Shown here: positions 48,091 to 56,369 of the stretch, piece after piece | Position numbering within the stretch: position 1 is the first letter of the stretch | Layout of the letters: every line of letters starts with the position of its first letter | Assembly (NCBI GenBank): GCA_041940425.1 | Contig: JBGTSF010000015.1 | Coordinates: forward strand, 5,076 to 69,075 | Source: Pyrinomonadaceae bacterium | GTDB taxonomy: Bacteria; Acidobacteriota; Blastocatellia; Pyrinomonadales; Pyrinomonadaceae | Length of the DNA: 64,000 nucleotides | Reading direction: 5' to 3' | Notes under the pieces: model-generated | Told to the model about the DNA's origin: nothing | The model's input: the letters and a program-made list of their open reading frames with translations, nothing else | Databases searched by the model: none | Translations under genes and position numbers: made by a program

Positions 48091-49320
48091 ATGAATAAGA
48101 AAACGATCAAAGATATTGACATAAAAGGCAAGCGGGTTTTCATTCGTGTTGATTTTAATGTTCCCGTAAAAAACGGCGAGATCGAAGACGATACCCGCAT
48201 CAAAGGCGCATTGCCCACGATACAATACGCCGTCGCACAAAGCGCGAAAGTCATTCTCGCATCCCATCTTGGCAGACCGATCAAAGACAAAAAGAAGGCG
48301 GAAGAAAAGGGAATGCCGTATGACGAAAGCAAATATTCTTTGAAACCCGTCGCCGAACACCTGGCGAAATTGTCCGATTTCAAAGTTGAATTTGCAGAAA
48401 ACAGCATCGGCGACCAAGTAAAGGAAAAAGTAAATAAACTAAACGTAGGCGAAGTTCTTCTGCTCGAAAACCTGCGGCTTCACGCCGGAGAAGAAAAGAA
48501 CGACGCGGAGTATGCCAAACAGCTTGCCGAACTCGCCGACGTTTACGTCAATGACGCATTCGGCACGGCGCACCGGGCGCATGCTTCGACCGAAGGCATC
48601 ACGCATCACGTTGACGACGCGGTTGCCGGGCTTTTGATGGAAAAGGAATTGAATTTTTTATCGAAAGCTCTGAACGATCCCGAACGCCCGTTCGTCGCAA
48701 TCTTAGGCGGTGCGAAAGTTTCCGATAAAATTCCCGTCATCAAATCGCTGATCGAAAGAAAGGTTGACAAACTCCTGATCGGCGGCGCGATGGCTTATAC
48801 GTTTTTCAAAGCAAAAGGCTACACGGTCGGAAAATCACTGGTCGAAGACCAAATGATGCCGACCGCTCTTGAAATCGAAAAACAAGCTGAAGAAGCCGGA
48901 GTAGAACTCATTTTACCGACCGATCATCAGGTCGTTGATTCTTACGAACCTTTGACTTCGCGCAAAACTATTCCGGTTGATTTTACGAATGCCGGACTCG
49001 TCGGTTTGGACATCGGCGAAGAAACGCAGGCGATTTTCAAGAGGGCTTTAGAAGGCGCGAAAACGATCGTCTGGAACGGACCGATGGGAATGTTCGAGGA
49101 AAAACCTTTCGATCAAGGCACGATCGCCATCGCCAAAGCGGTTGCCGAAGCGACCGAAGCGGGCGCGACTTCGATCGTCGGCGGCGGCGATTCCGTTTCA
49201 GCCGTCAACGAAAGCGGTCTGTCGGAAAAAATCTCGCACATCTCGACCGGCGGCGGCGCGACGCTCGAATTTCTTGCGGGCGACGAACTTCCGGGCGTGG
49301 CGGCTTTGGATGATAAATAA
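48091..49320 (+). CDS. pgk: Phosphoglycerate kinase
   Basis: Full-length PGK (RVDFNVP, GGGDS). Confidence 0.95.
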   Translation: MNKKTIKDIDIKGKRVFIRVDFNVPVKNGEIEDDTRIKGALPTIQYAVAQSAKVILASHLGRPIKDKKKAEEKGMPYDESKYSLKPVAEHLAKLSDFKVEFAENSIGDQVKEKVNKLNVGEVLLLENLRLHAGEEKNDAEYAKQLAELADVYVNDAFGTAHRAHASTEGITHHVDDAVAGLLMEKELNFLSKALNDPERPFVAILGGAKVSDKIPVIKSLIERKVDKLLIGGAMAYTFFKAKGYTVGKSLVEDQMMPTALEIEKQAEEAGVELILPTDHQVVDSYEPLTSRKTIPVDFTNAGLVGLDIGEETQAIFKRALEGAKTIVWNGPMGMFEEKPFDQGTIAIAKAVAEATEAGATSIVGGGDSVSAVNESGLSEKISHISTGGGATLEFLAGDELPGVAALDDK

Positions 49321-49359
49321 TTTCTTTGGTAATCTGCCGAAATAATTTAGAATGATTTT

Positions 49360-49626
49360 ATGCAGCCGCAAGTTTTAACAATCGAAGAAGTCGCCGATTA
49401 TTTACGCTTGCCTGAAGAAGTGGTTTTGCAGGAAGCGGTGCAGGGGCATCTTCCGGGCAGAAAGATCGCCGACACCTGGCGTTTTCTCAAGGACGCGATA
49501 GACGATTGGCTCAGAACGCAGGACAGCCGCGCGATTTTGCTGAGTCAAGCCGGAGCATTGTCTGATGATGAGCGGATAGATCAATTTCTAGAAAAGATTT
49601 ATGAGGAGCGCGGTCGTTCCGAATAA
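49360..49626 (+). CDS. HTH (excisionase/MerR-like) DNA-binding protein, putative antitoxin of the PIN toxin
   Basis: LTIEEVADYLRLPEEVV helix-turn-helix. Lies 6 nt upstream of the PIN gene. Confidence 0.7.
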   Translation: MQPQVLTIEEVADYLRLPEEVVLQEAVQGHLPGRKIADTWRFLKDAIDDWLRTQDSRAILLSQAGALSDDERIDQFLEKIYEERGRSE

Positions 49627-49632
49627 TAAACG

Positions 49633-50052
49633 ATGCACATACTCGACACCGACACTCTCACGCATCTGCAAAAAGGAAACGAACGAGTCAAAGCGCGTCT
49701 GGAAAGCGCGAACGATTACGAATTCGCCATAACGATCGTATCCAAAGCGGAGATTCTTCGCGGTCGCATCGAATTTCTATTAAAAGCCGAAGATTCGACA
49801 GCACTGGAAAGAGCGCAGAGGTTTTTTACCGAAAGTGAAAGACTTTTAGAACAGATTCCGGTTGTCGGGTTTGATTCGGAAGCGTTAAAGAAGTTTGATG
49901 AACTCAGACAAAATAGCAAATACCGAAAAATCGGTCGCGCTGATCTACTGATCGCAAGTATTTGTTTGGCAAACCGCGCGGTTTTGGTTACGAGAAACGT
50001 CAAACATTTTAAGCAGTTTCCAAATTTGAAAGTTGAAAATTGGATTGATTAA
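49633..50052 (+). CDS. vapC: PIN-domain toxin (VapC-like)
   Basis: N-terminal ILDTD, 139 aa, with conserved acidic positions (E in SKAEILRG, D in GRADLLIAS). Confidence 0.8.
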   Translation: MHILDTDTLTHLQKGNERVKARLESANDYEFAITIVSKAEILRGRIEFLLKAEDSTALERAQRFFTESERLLEQIPVVGFDSEALKKFDELRQNSKYRKIGRADLLIASICLANRAVLVTRNVKHFKQFPNLKVENWID

Positions 50053-50070
50053 TTTTTGATTTTTTCATAA

Positions 50071-50697
50071 ATGTTGAATGACGAAAACACTATCTTGGAG
50101 CAGAGAAATTCCGCAGTTTATCTCGAATATCTGCTCGATCTGATGAATGAAAAGCCGGAATCGAGAGAAGAGATCGCGGAAACGGTCGAGCGTGTGTTCG
50201 GGCAGAAAAAAGCCGTGATGATTCTGGATATGAGCGGTTTTTGCAGTAAGACGCGGCATTTCGGCATTGTGCGCGTGCTTTCGATCATTTATCAAATGCG
50301 AACGATCATTCAGCCTCTCATCGAGCAGGGAAACGGGACTTTGATCAAAAGCGAAGCCGATAATTTATACCGCATCTTCGATTCCGTTACCGAAGCCGTC
50401 AATACGAGCTATAAAATTAACGAGTTTTTAGCCGGGAAAAATGAAACGATGGCAGACGATTGCCGGATTTTCGTTTCCATCGGCATCGGTTACGGAAATA
50501 TTCTTAACATCGAAAACAAAGACCTGTTCGGAAACGAAGTCAATCTCGCTTCCAAACTGAGCGAAGACATCGGCTGTAAGGGCGATATTTTGTTGACCGA
50601 AAACGCGCTCGATGAATTGCGCCAGACCGAAGCCGTCGTGCTGGAAAAAACCATCGAGATTTCCGGCGTTTCCTTCCGTTATCATTCGATCATTTAA
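50071..50697 (+). CDS. Stand-alone class III nucleotidyl cyclase homology domain protein
   Basis: VMILDMSGF (metal Asp), KSEADNLYRIF (second Asp), IGIGYGNI, and FGNEVNLASKLSE (Asn present; Lys where Arg is usual). No sensor or TM domain. Confidence 0.65.
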   Translation: MLNDENTILEQRNSAVYLEYLLDLMNEKPESREEIAETVERVFGQKKAVMILDMSGFCSKTRHFGIVRVLSIIYQMRTIIQPLIEQGNGTLIKSEADNLYRIFDSVTEAVNTSYKINEFLAGKNETMADDCRIFVSIGIGYGNILNIENKDLFGNEVNLASKLSEDIGCKGDILLTENALDELRQTEAVVLEKTIEISGVSFRYHSII

Positions 50698-50819
50698 TTT
50701 TCCTTCCAAATTTGTATTCTGCACCCGAACGAATTATCTTAAATCATCCGATTTTCGGATGACTTGCCCATTACAACAGTTTTTCAGTTAAATTTTAATA
50801 GATAACAGGAGGAGATTTT

Positions 50820-51224
50820 ATGTTCAAAACAGCCGCGTTGGTTGGTTTTATTTTGGTAATGTCCTTTTTCGTTTCGGCGCAGAACAAAGATTATGAATGG
50901 CTGAACGGAACTTGGGAAGGCACGGCGTATCAGATTGACAGCGACACGATCTGGACGATGCGTCTGACGGCTTCGGGCGGCAGGTATGCCATCGAATACC
51001 CGACGCTCAAATGCGGCGGTTCGTGGCGGATCGTCAGCCTGAGCCTCGAACGGGCGACCTTCATCGAACGCATAAATCACGGCAGGGACAAATGCGTGGA
51101 CGACGGCAATTTGATCATCGAAAGATTAAATGCCGACCAGATTTTGTTCCGCTGGACTCTGCCCGACAGTCTCGAAGTGATGGCGACGGCGGTTCTTAAA
51201 AGAAAGCTACCGTTGAAGAAATAA
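50820..51224 (+). CDS. Small secreted protein, unknown function
   Basis: aggagga RBS, signal peptide MFKTAALVGFILVMSFFVSAQ and a beta-rich body of about 110 aa. Confidence 0.6.
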   Translation: MFKTAALVGFILVMSFFVSAQNKDYEWLNGTWEGTAYQIDSDTIWTMRLTASGGRYAIEYPTLKCGGSWRIVSLSLERATFIERINHGRDKCVDDGNLIIERLNADQILFRWTLPDSLEVMATAVLKRKLPLKK

Positions 51225-51284
51225 AGCATCAGCAGATTAAATAAGCGAAATAGCCAGCAGATCACGTAAAAAAAAGAAATCTCA

Positions 51285-51421
51285 CGACCGGAGCGCAGGG
51301 AGCCTTGCCTGCATGAACGCGCTAGCGTTCAAAGTGAGTTTAATCAAATTCGACTTGAATTTATTAAATTGGTTTATGCCGCTACGCGCCGTTGCAGGCA
51401 AGGCTGCCTGCGCTCCGGTCG
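51285..51421. repeat. Palindromic element copy E2 (137 nt), in inverted orientation relative to E1
   Basis: Arms cgaccggagcgcagggagccttgcctgca (51285-51313) and tgcaggcaaggctgcctgcgctccggtcg (51393-51421): 28 of 29 positions pair. Inner hairpin gaacgc-gcta-gcgttc at 51315-51330. T/A runs lie on both flanks. Confidence 0.8.
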
Positions 51422-51469
51422 AAAACGCCCGATTTTTTATTTTTTTGATCTACTGATAGTTGATTGTCA

Positions 51470-51616
51470 GACAAAAATGGCTTCCTGTAAGAAGAAAATC
51501 CTTTCCTGCAAGACAAAAATCCTTTGGTGTAAAGCCTTGCAATAAAGGTGTAAGACAAAAATCCTTTCCTGCAAACTCTTGCAAGTTTCCTGTCAGTTAT
51601 TGCAAAAAAGGTTTGA
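51470..51616. repeat. Seven tandem 21-nt repeats (consensus GACAAAAATCCTTTCCTGCAA)
   Basis: Units start at 51470, 51491, 51512, 51533, 51554, 51575 and 51596. Units 2, 3 and 5 are near-identical. Units 4, 6 and 7 are degenerate but keep the TTGCAA/GTAA ends. Confidence 0.8.
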
Positions 51617-51736
51617 ATCCGCGCCATAAATAAATATTAAAAAAATCTATGCAAAAGCGTTTCTGCGGTTCGTCCTTTCTGCGTTCCCAAATCTTCAGAG
51701 GAACTATCACATTACAAAAAAGGAGATTAAATAAAT

Positions 51737-52102
51737 ATGGCAAACAAGAAAACTAGGCAGTTAAGCCCGAAACAGTTGCAGGAAGACCTCGACGCATACG
51801 CCGGAATGCTGAGCCTTACGGATTACGCTCCGGCAAACGCGAGTTTTAACGCGGCAAGCGGACAAACCCTGTTCGCCAAAATGCAGGCGAGTCAGACCAA
51901 AGAAGTGCAGGACCATGCAGTCTGGCAGGCAAGCCGCGATGCCAAAGTTTCGGACGAATGGGAGTTTCACGATTTTGTCAGAAATATGCGGATTCAGGTC
52001 AAAGCCCAATACGGCGAAGATTCGGATCAGGTGCAGACAGTCGGACTCAAGAAAAAAAGCGAATATAAAAATCCGACAAAGAAAACTACGCCGACACCTT
52101 AG
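51737..52102 (+). CDS. Hypothetical soluble protein (121 aa), no family recognised
   Basis: aaaggaga RBS 10 nt upstream, and its own terminator downstream. Confidence 0.6.
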   Translation: MANKKTRQLSPKQLQEDLDAYAGMLSLTDYAPANASFNAASGQTLFAKMQASQTKEVQDHAVWQASRDAKVSDEWEFHDFVRNMRIQVKAQYGEDSDQVQTVGLKKKSEYKNPTKKTTPTP

Positions 52103-52122
52103 TCAAAAAACATTTACGGAAA

Positions 52123-52153
52123 ACGGTTTGGTTAATTCCAAGCCGTTTTTTTT
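52123..52153 (+). terminator. Intrinsic terminator
   Basis: acggtttgg pairs with ccaagccgt (one G-U), followed by tttttttt. Confidence 0.7.
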
Positions 52154-52195
52154 GTGTTAAAATGATAAGAAATTTTTCGTTAAATCATAAAATTT

Positions 52196-52780
52196 ATGGG
52201 CGTTCCGAAATTAAGACCAAAAATCTCGATTGAAGATTATCTCGAAAACGAAAAGATCAGCGACGTGCGCCACGAATATATTGACGGCGAAGTGTTTGCG
52301 ATGGCTGGCACGAGCAAAAGCCATAACCGGATAATCAGAAATCTTTTGAGCAAATTGCAAGGCAAACTGGGCGAGGTTGATTGCGAGGCGTTTTTTGTTG
52401 ACATCAAAGTTTACGTCGAAAAATTCAATCGTTTTTATTATCCCGATCTGCTCGTGGTTTGCGGCGAAGATGCTGAAAGCGACTATTACACGACCAAGCC
52501 GAAACTGATCATTGAAGTTTTGAGTCCCAGCACTTCCTTGACCGACCGGCGCGAGAAAATGTTCGTTTATAAGGAAATCGAAAGCGTTGAAGAATATATC
52601 TTGATCGAGCAGGACAAGATTTACGCCGAAATTTACAGGCGCAGAGAAGGCGGCGACCTCTGGGACTGGATCGAATACTTTCCCGAAGAAGAAATCGAAT
52701 TTGCATCGGTCAATTTCAAAATGCTAATGTCTGAAATTTACGAAGGCGTAGAACTGCCCGAAAAAAATCCTTTTGAATAA
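52196..52780 (+). CDS. Uma2 (DUF820) family putative endonuclease
   Basis: YIDGEVF ... PDLLVV ... PKLIIEVLSPST (D...E.L/K nuclease core). Ends 3 nt before tpiA. Confidence 0.75.
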   Translation: MGVPKLRPKISIEDYLENEKISDVRHEYIDGEVFAMAGTSKSHNRIIRNLLSKLQGKLGEVDCEAFFVDIKVYVEKFNRFYYPDLLVVCGEDAESDYYTTKPKLIIEVLSPSTSLTDRREKMFVYKEIESVEEYILIEQDKIYAEIYRRREGGDLWDWIEYFPEEEIEFASVNFKMLMSEIYEGVELPEKNPFE

Positions 52781-52783
52781 ACT

Positions 52784-53542
52784 ATGAGAAAACCTGTTAT
52801 CGCCGGAAATTGGAAAATGTATAAACTGCACGACGAAGCGGTCAATACGGCTCTGGAATTGAAACCATTGGTGTCGAACGCGAATCATTGCGAGATAGTC
52901 ATCGCGCCGGTTTTTACGGCTTTGAAAACGGTTGCAGATAGATTGGAAGGGTCGAATGTAAAAGTTTCGGCGCAGGACTGCGCTCCCGTTTCCGAGCAGA
53001 GCGCGAACACGGGCGAAGTCTCCGCCGAAATGATAAAAGATGCCGGATGCGCTTACGTCATCATCGGTCATTCCGAGCGGCGGCAGTTTTATAATGAAAC
53101 GGATGCAAGCGTAAATCGAAAGACGAAAGCCGCTTTGCAGGCTGATCTGACGGCGATCGTCTGCGTCGGCGAATCGCTCGAAGAAAGGGAAGCGGACAAG
53201 GCGGAATCGGTCGTAAAACGGCAGTTGGAAGGCGGTCTTGACGGTTTGACAGTTTCGGATATGAAACGTATCATTATCGCTTACGAGCCTGTTTGGGCGA
53301 TCGGAACGGGTAAAACCGCCACGCCGGAACAGGCTCAAGAAATGCACGCTTTTATCCGAAAAACGCTGGCAGAATCGCACGGAAAAGAAACATCAGAAGA
53401 AATAAGAATTCTTTACGGCGGTTCGGTCAAACCGGAAAACATCGCGGAATTGATGAGCGAATCGGACATAGACGGGGCATTGGTCGGCGGCGCAAGCCTG
53501 AAAGCCGACAGTTTTGCAAAGATAGTTAATTACAAGAATTAG
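52784..53542 (+). CDS. tpiA: Triosephosphate isomerase
   Basis: [23 protein letters not shown]. Confidence 0.95.
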   Translation: MRKPVIAGNWKMYKLHDEAVNTALELKPLVSNANHCEIVIAPVFTALKTVADRLEGSNVKVSAQDCAPVSEQSANTGEVSAEMIKDAGCAYVIIGHSERRQFYNETDASVNRKTKAALQADLTAIVCVGESLEEREADKAESVVKRQLEGGLDGLTVSDMKRIIIAYEPVWAIGTGKTATPEQAQEMHAFIRKTLAESHGKETSEEIRILYGGSVKPENIAELMSESDIDGALVGGASLKADSFAKIVNYKN

Positions 53543-53580
53543 TTAATTGAAATAGTTAATCGTTAAGCGAATCGAATTTT

Positions 53581-53614
53581 ATTAACCATTAACCATTAAC
53601 CATTAACCATTAAC
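53581..53614. repeat. Tandem heptamer repeat (ATTAACC) x4.9, with the complementary GTTAAT motif repeated upstream (53524-53566)
   Basis: Read directly. gttaatcgttaa (53555-53566) pairs with ttaaccattaac, with one mismatch. Confidence 0.8.
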
Positions 53615-53617
53615 AAA

Positions 53618-54064
53618 ATGGCTTACTTTTTATACGGATTATTTTTTGTTTCCTGCATTGTTCTGATCGTGTCGGTGCTTCTTCAGCCCGGAAAGACGGA
53701 TGCGGGCGCGCTGTTTACGAGCAATATTTCAAGCACGGCGTTTAACCCGCGCGGCACGCAGACGATTCTGGCAAAGATCAGCATCACGGCGGCGGTCGTC
53801 TTTATGCTCTCGGCTTTGTTTCTTTCGATGCCCGCTCTGACCGGCGGAATCTCGGTTCTGCAAACGACCAGCCCGGACGAACCGACCGCAACCGCGCCGG
53901 CTCTGACCGACGCTGATGCGAATACAACCGTTGACCCGAATGCGGCAACTAATACCGCTTTACAGCCGAATGTAACGGTCAATACGGGCGGCGTTACCGG
54001 CAACACGACGGAAACGAATTCGGCAACCGCTCCGGCGGCGAACACCGCTAATACAAATCAATAG
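53618..54064 (+). CDS. secG: Preprotein translocase subunit SecG with a T/A/N-rich tail
   Basis: LLQPGKTDAGALF motif, two TM helices and a low-complexity C-terminus. Confidence 0.85.
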   Translation: MAYFLYGLFFVSCIVLIVSVLLQPGKTDAGALFTSNISSTAFNPRGTQTILAKISITAAVVFMLSALFLSMPALTGGISVLQTTSPDEPTATAPALTDADANTTVDPNAATNTALQPNVTVNTGGVTGNTTETNSATAPAANTANTNQ

Positions 54065-54079
54065 TTTGTTTGAAAATCT

Positions 54080-54164
54080 GCTGAGGTGGCGTAATTGGTA
54101 GCCGCGTACGTTTGAGGGGCGTATGGAGAAATCCGTGCGGGTTCGAGTCCCGCCCTCAGCACCA
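54080..54164 (+). tRNA. tRNA-Leu (anticodon GAG), CCA encoded
   Basis: Acceptor stem gctgagg/cctcagc; anticodon stem tacgt/gcgta with loop ttGAGgg; long variable arm; T-arm gcgggttcgagtcccgc; 3-prime acca. Confidence 0.9.
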
Positions 54165-54170
54165 AAGATA

Positions 54171-54201
54171 AAAAGACAGGTTTTTTATGCCTGTCTTTTT
54201 T
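54171..54201. terminator. Bidirectional terminator between tRNA-Leu and mlaD
   Basis: aaaagacagg pairs with cctgtctttt, with T/A runs on both sides. Confidence 0.7.
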
Positions 54202-54205
54202 GATT

Positions 54206-55432
54206 TTAAAAAAGGCTTATTCTGATTCTGAGAAATTTTTTCGGATTCTGCCGAAAATCGTAGATCAGTTTTGTTCCTTCGCTGGAAAGCTGATTGATGT
54301 TCGATGAAGTTTGATTGATATTGTTATATAGCGTTTCGTCGGTCAGAAGTTTGCCGATCGTGCCTTTGCCGCTTTGCGCATCGGCTAACAGAACATCGAG
54401 CTTTTCGGCGGTCGAATTGAATCTCGCCAGAGTGTTTCGCGCTTCCTCGTAAAGCTGTTCGTCCTTTAAGAATTTTCCGGCGGTGCCTCTGCCTTGATTG
54501 AGATCCGAAGTAATGACATTGATGTCGGCGACCGTTGTATTTAATCTTTCAAAGGTCGGTCTGAGTTCATTTATCGAATCGCGCAAATCTTTTATCGCGC
54601 CGCGCGTTTCATTATAAAGCTGGTCGTCGGTCAGAAACTTTCCGGCAGTGCCGCGTCCGGCGCGTAAATCTCTCGAAATCGCGTCGAGTTCGCTGATCGT
54701 GCTGTTGAGATTGTTGTAAAGTTCGGGATCGTTGAGAAGTTTGCCCGCCGTGCCGTCACCGGAACGGACTTGTTCGAGGACATTTTGCAGGCGAAGCATC
54801 GTGATCTTCGCTTCGCCGACAGTCGCGTCGAGATTATTGTAAAAACTTTCGTTGTTAATAAATTCGCCGAGTGAGCCTTCGCCGCGGTTGGCTTTTGTCA
54901 GGATTTCATTTGCCGGAATTGCGATCTTGTTGATTTGCTGAAGAAGATCGTTTCCGGTCGAAGTCAATTGGTTAATGGAAATCGCCGTGCTGGAATTAAG
55001 TACGCTGTTTTCACTTACTGGTTCGCCTTTGATCGTTCCGGGCGAGATATTGATCATTTTGTCATTTCCGAGAACAGAGGTGGCGACAAGTTGAGCGGTC
55101 GAATCGGTGCGGATTCGTTCGGTGATCGGTCTGCCGTCGAGAGTTTGGGAAACTTTCATCACGGCTTCAACCTTTTCGTCTTCAGGACTGTCAGGCGGTA
55201 GAAAACGCACCTCCTCGACATCGCCGATATGAACGCCCGCAAGCTGAACCGCCGCGCCGGGACGCAAACCGTCCGCGCTGACAAACCGCGCCTTCAGATA
55301 CATTTCCTGTTCAAAAGGGTTGAAATCGCCGCTCGCGTTTAGTATCAGAAACGCGAAAACGACCAGTCCGATGAGTACGAAAATCCCGACTCTTAATTGG
55401 CTGAATCCTAAATATCTCTGTGTTTTCGGCAT
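54206..55432 (-). CDS. mlaD: MlaD/MCE-domain protein with five C-terminal G-x-G-T-x-G-K-[FL]-L repeats
   Basis: N-terminal anchor, an MCE domain, then repeats such as GRGTAGKFLTDDQLYNE. Confidence 0.85.
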   Translation of the reverse strand: MPKTQRYLGFSQLRVGIFVLIGLVVFAFLILNASGDFNPFEQEMYLKARFVSADGLRPGAAVQLAGVHIGDVEEVRFLPPDSPEDEKVEAVMKVSQTLDGRPITERIRTDSTAQLVATSVLGNDKMINISPGTIKGEPVSENSVLNSSTAISINQLTSTGNDLLQQINKIAIPANEILTKANRGEGSLGEFINNESFYNNLDATVGEAKITMLRLQNVLEQVRSGDGTAGKLLNDPELYNNLNSTISELDAISRDLRAGRGTAGKFLTDDQLYNETRGAIKDLRDSINELRPTFERLNTTVADINVITSDLNQGRGTAGKFLKDEQLYEEARNTLARFNSTAEKLDVLLADAQSGKGTIGKLLTDETLYNNINQTSSNINQLSSEGTKLIYDFRQNPKKFLRIRISLF

Positions 55433-55447
55433 AAAAATTTCTCCTTT

Positions 55448-56356
55448 TTACTTTCCGCGGATAAAGCGGTGAATGTAAGGTTCTTGCGATCTTTTCAATT
55501 CCTCGTCTTTACCGCTGAAAATTATCTTGCCTTCCCGAAGCATTATCACTTCGGTATTTATCAGACAAAGTTTTTCGCCTTCCTGTTCGAAAATGACCTC
55601 GCCGCTTTCGTTGATCGTGGCGTATTCGGATGAAAGATAATCGAGATTGTTCATCTCGTGCGTAACGAAAATTGAGGAAACGTCTTCGAGATCGCGCAAT
55701 TTGATCGCCAGTTCGCAGATCGTCCGCGCCGTCGGCGGATCGAGTCCGGCGGTCGGCTCGTCAAATAAAATTATTCGGGGATTTCCGATCAATGCTCTTG
55801 CAATGCCGACCCGGCGGCGCATTCCCCCGGACAGCTCGATCGGCATTTTATCAATCGCGTCTTCCAGATCAACAAATCTCAGCATCCGCCGAACTTCGTG
55901 TTCGACTTCCGCTTCGTCCACATTTTGTTCGTGCAGGCGATACGCGACATTGTCATAGACCGAAAGCGAATCGAACAATGCGCCTTCCTGAAAAACCATG
56001 CCGATCTTTTTTCTGACTTCCATCAGATCGGCTTCTTCAAATTCGGTAACGTCCTCGCCGTCAATAAAAACTTTTCCCGAATCGGGATGAAGCAGACCGA
56101 GAATCAATTTGATGATCGTAGATTTTCCGCCGCCCGAACCGCCAAGCACGATTTTTGTTTCGCCCTGCCGGACGGTAAAACTGATTCCGTCCAAAATCAC
56201 CTTTTCATCAAAAGCGAGAAAAACGTCCTTAAATTCGATTGCCGGAATAACCCGCTCGATATTATCGGTCGGCTGTTCGAGAAATGATTCCTCGTGTTCT
56301 TCGTGCTTTTCGGGAAATTTGATTTCCCGAACAGTTTGCGCTGTATCCAAACTCAT
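55448..56356 (-). CDS. mlaF: MlaF-type ABC ATP-binding protein
   Basis: [37 protein letters not shown]-terminal extension of about 45 aa. Confidence 0.9.
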   Translation of the reverse strand: MSLDTAQTVREIKFPEKHEEHEESFLEQPTDNIERVIPAIEFKDVFLAFDEKVILDGISFTVRQGETKIVLGGSGGGKSTIIKLILGLLHPDSGKVFIDGEDVTEFEEADLMEVRKKIGMVFQEGALFDSLSVYDNVAYRLHEQNVDEAEVEHEVRRMLRFVDLEDAIDKMPIELSGGMRRRVGIARALIGNPRIILFDEPTAGLDPPTARTICELAIKLRDLEDVSSIFVTHEMNNLDYLSSEYATINESGEVIFEQEGEKLCLINTEVIMLREGKIIFSGKDEELKRSQEPYIHRFIRGK

Positions 56357-56369
56357 AAATTAATTCCGC

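Noticed and set aside
50071-51224. Complete Pycsar or CBASS-type defence operon
   Set aside because: Only the cyclase-like gene fits. The adjacent 134-aa protein has a signal peptide and no cNMP-binding, TIR, patatin or multi-TM effector signature. The observation is kept only as a low-confidence hypothesis in the findings.
51285-51421. Integron attC site or retron msr/msd for the long inverted repeat
   Set aside because: There are no RYYYAAC/GTTRRRY core sites at the ends, and the neighbouring small genes are not each followed by such a site. No integron integrase or reverse transcriptase gene is present in the window.
51470-51616. Possible CRISPR array
   Set aside because: The 21-nt units are directly adjacent with no spacers, the units are degenerate, and no cas genes occur in the window.
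51520-51625. Sigma-54 promoter (GG-N10-GC) within the TTGCA-containing repeats
   Set aside because: The GG to GC spacing at the candidate sites is off by one (12 or 10 instead of 11 between the reference G residues), and no enhancer-binding protein gene is adjacent.
51382-51627. 81-aa minus-strand ORF with RKGFLSY-type heptad repeats
   Set aside because: The periodicity simply reflects translation of the 21-nt DNA repeat. The ORF has no ribosome-binding site and runs into the E2 arm. The region is better explained as non-coding repeat DNA or RNA.
52724-53380. 218-aa minus-strand ORF antisense to tpiA. Similar cases lie at 5407-5934, 12754-13260 and 40779-41315.
   Set aside because: All overlap well-supported genes on the opposite strand and show biased, motif-free composition.
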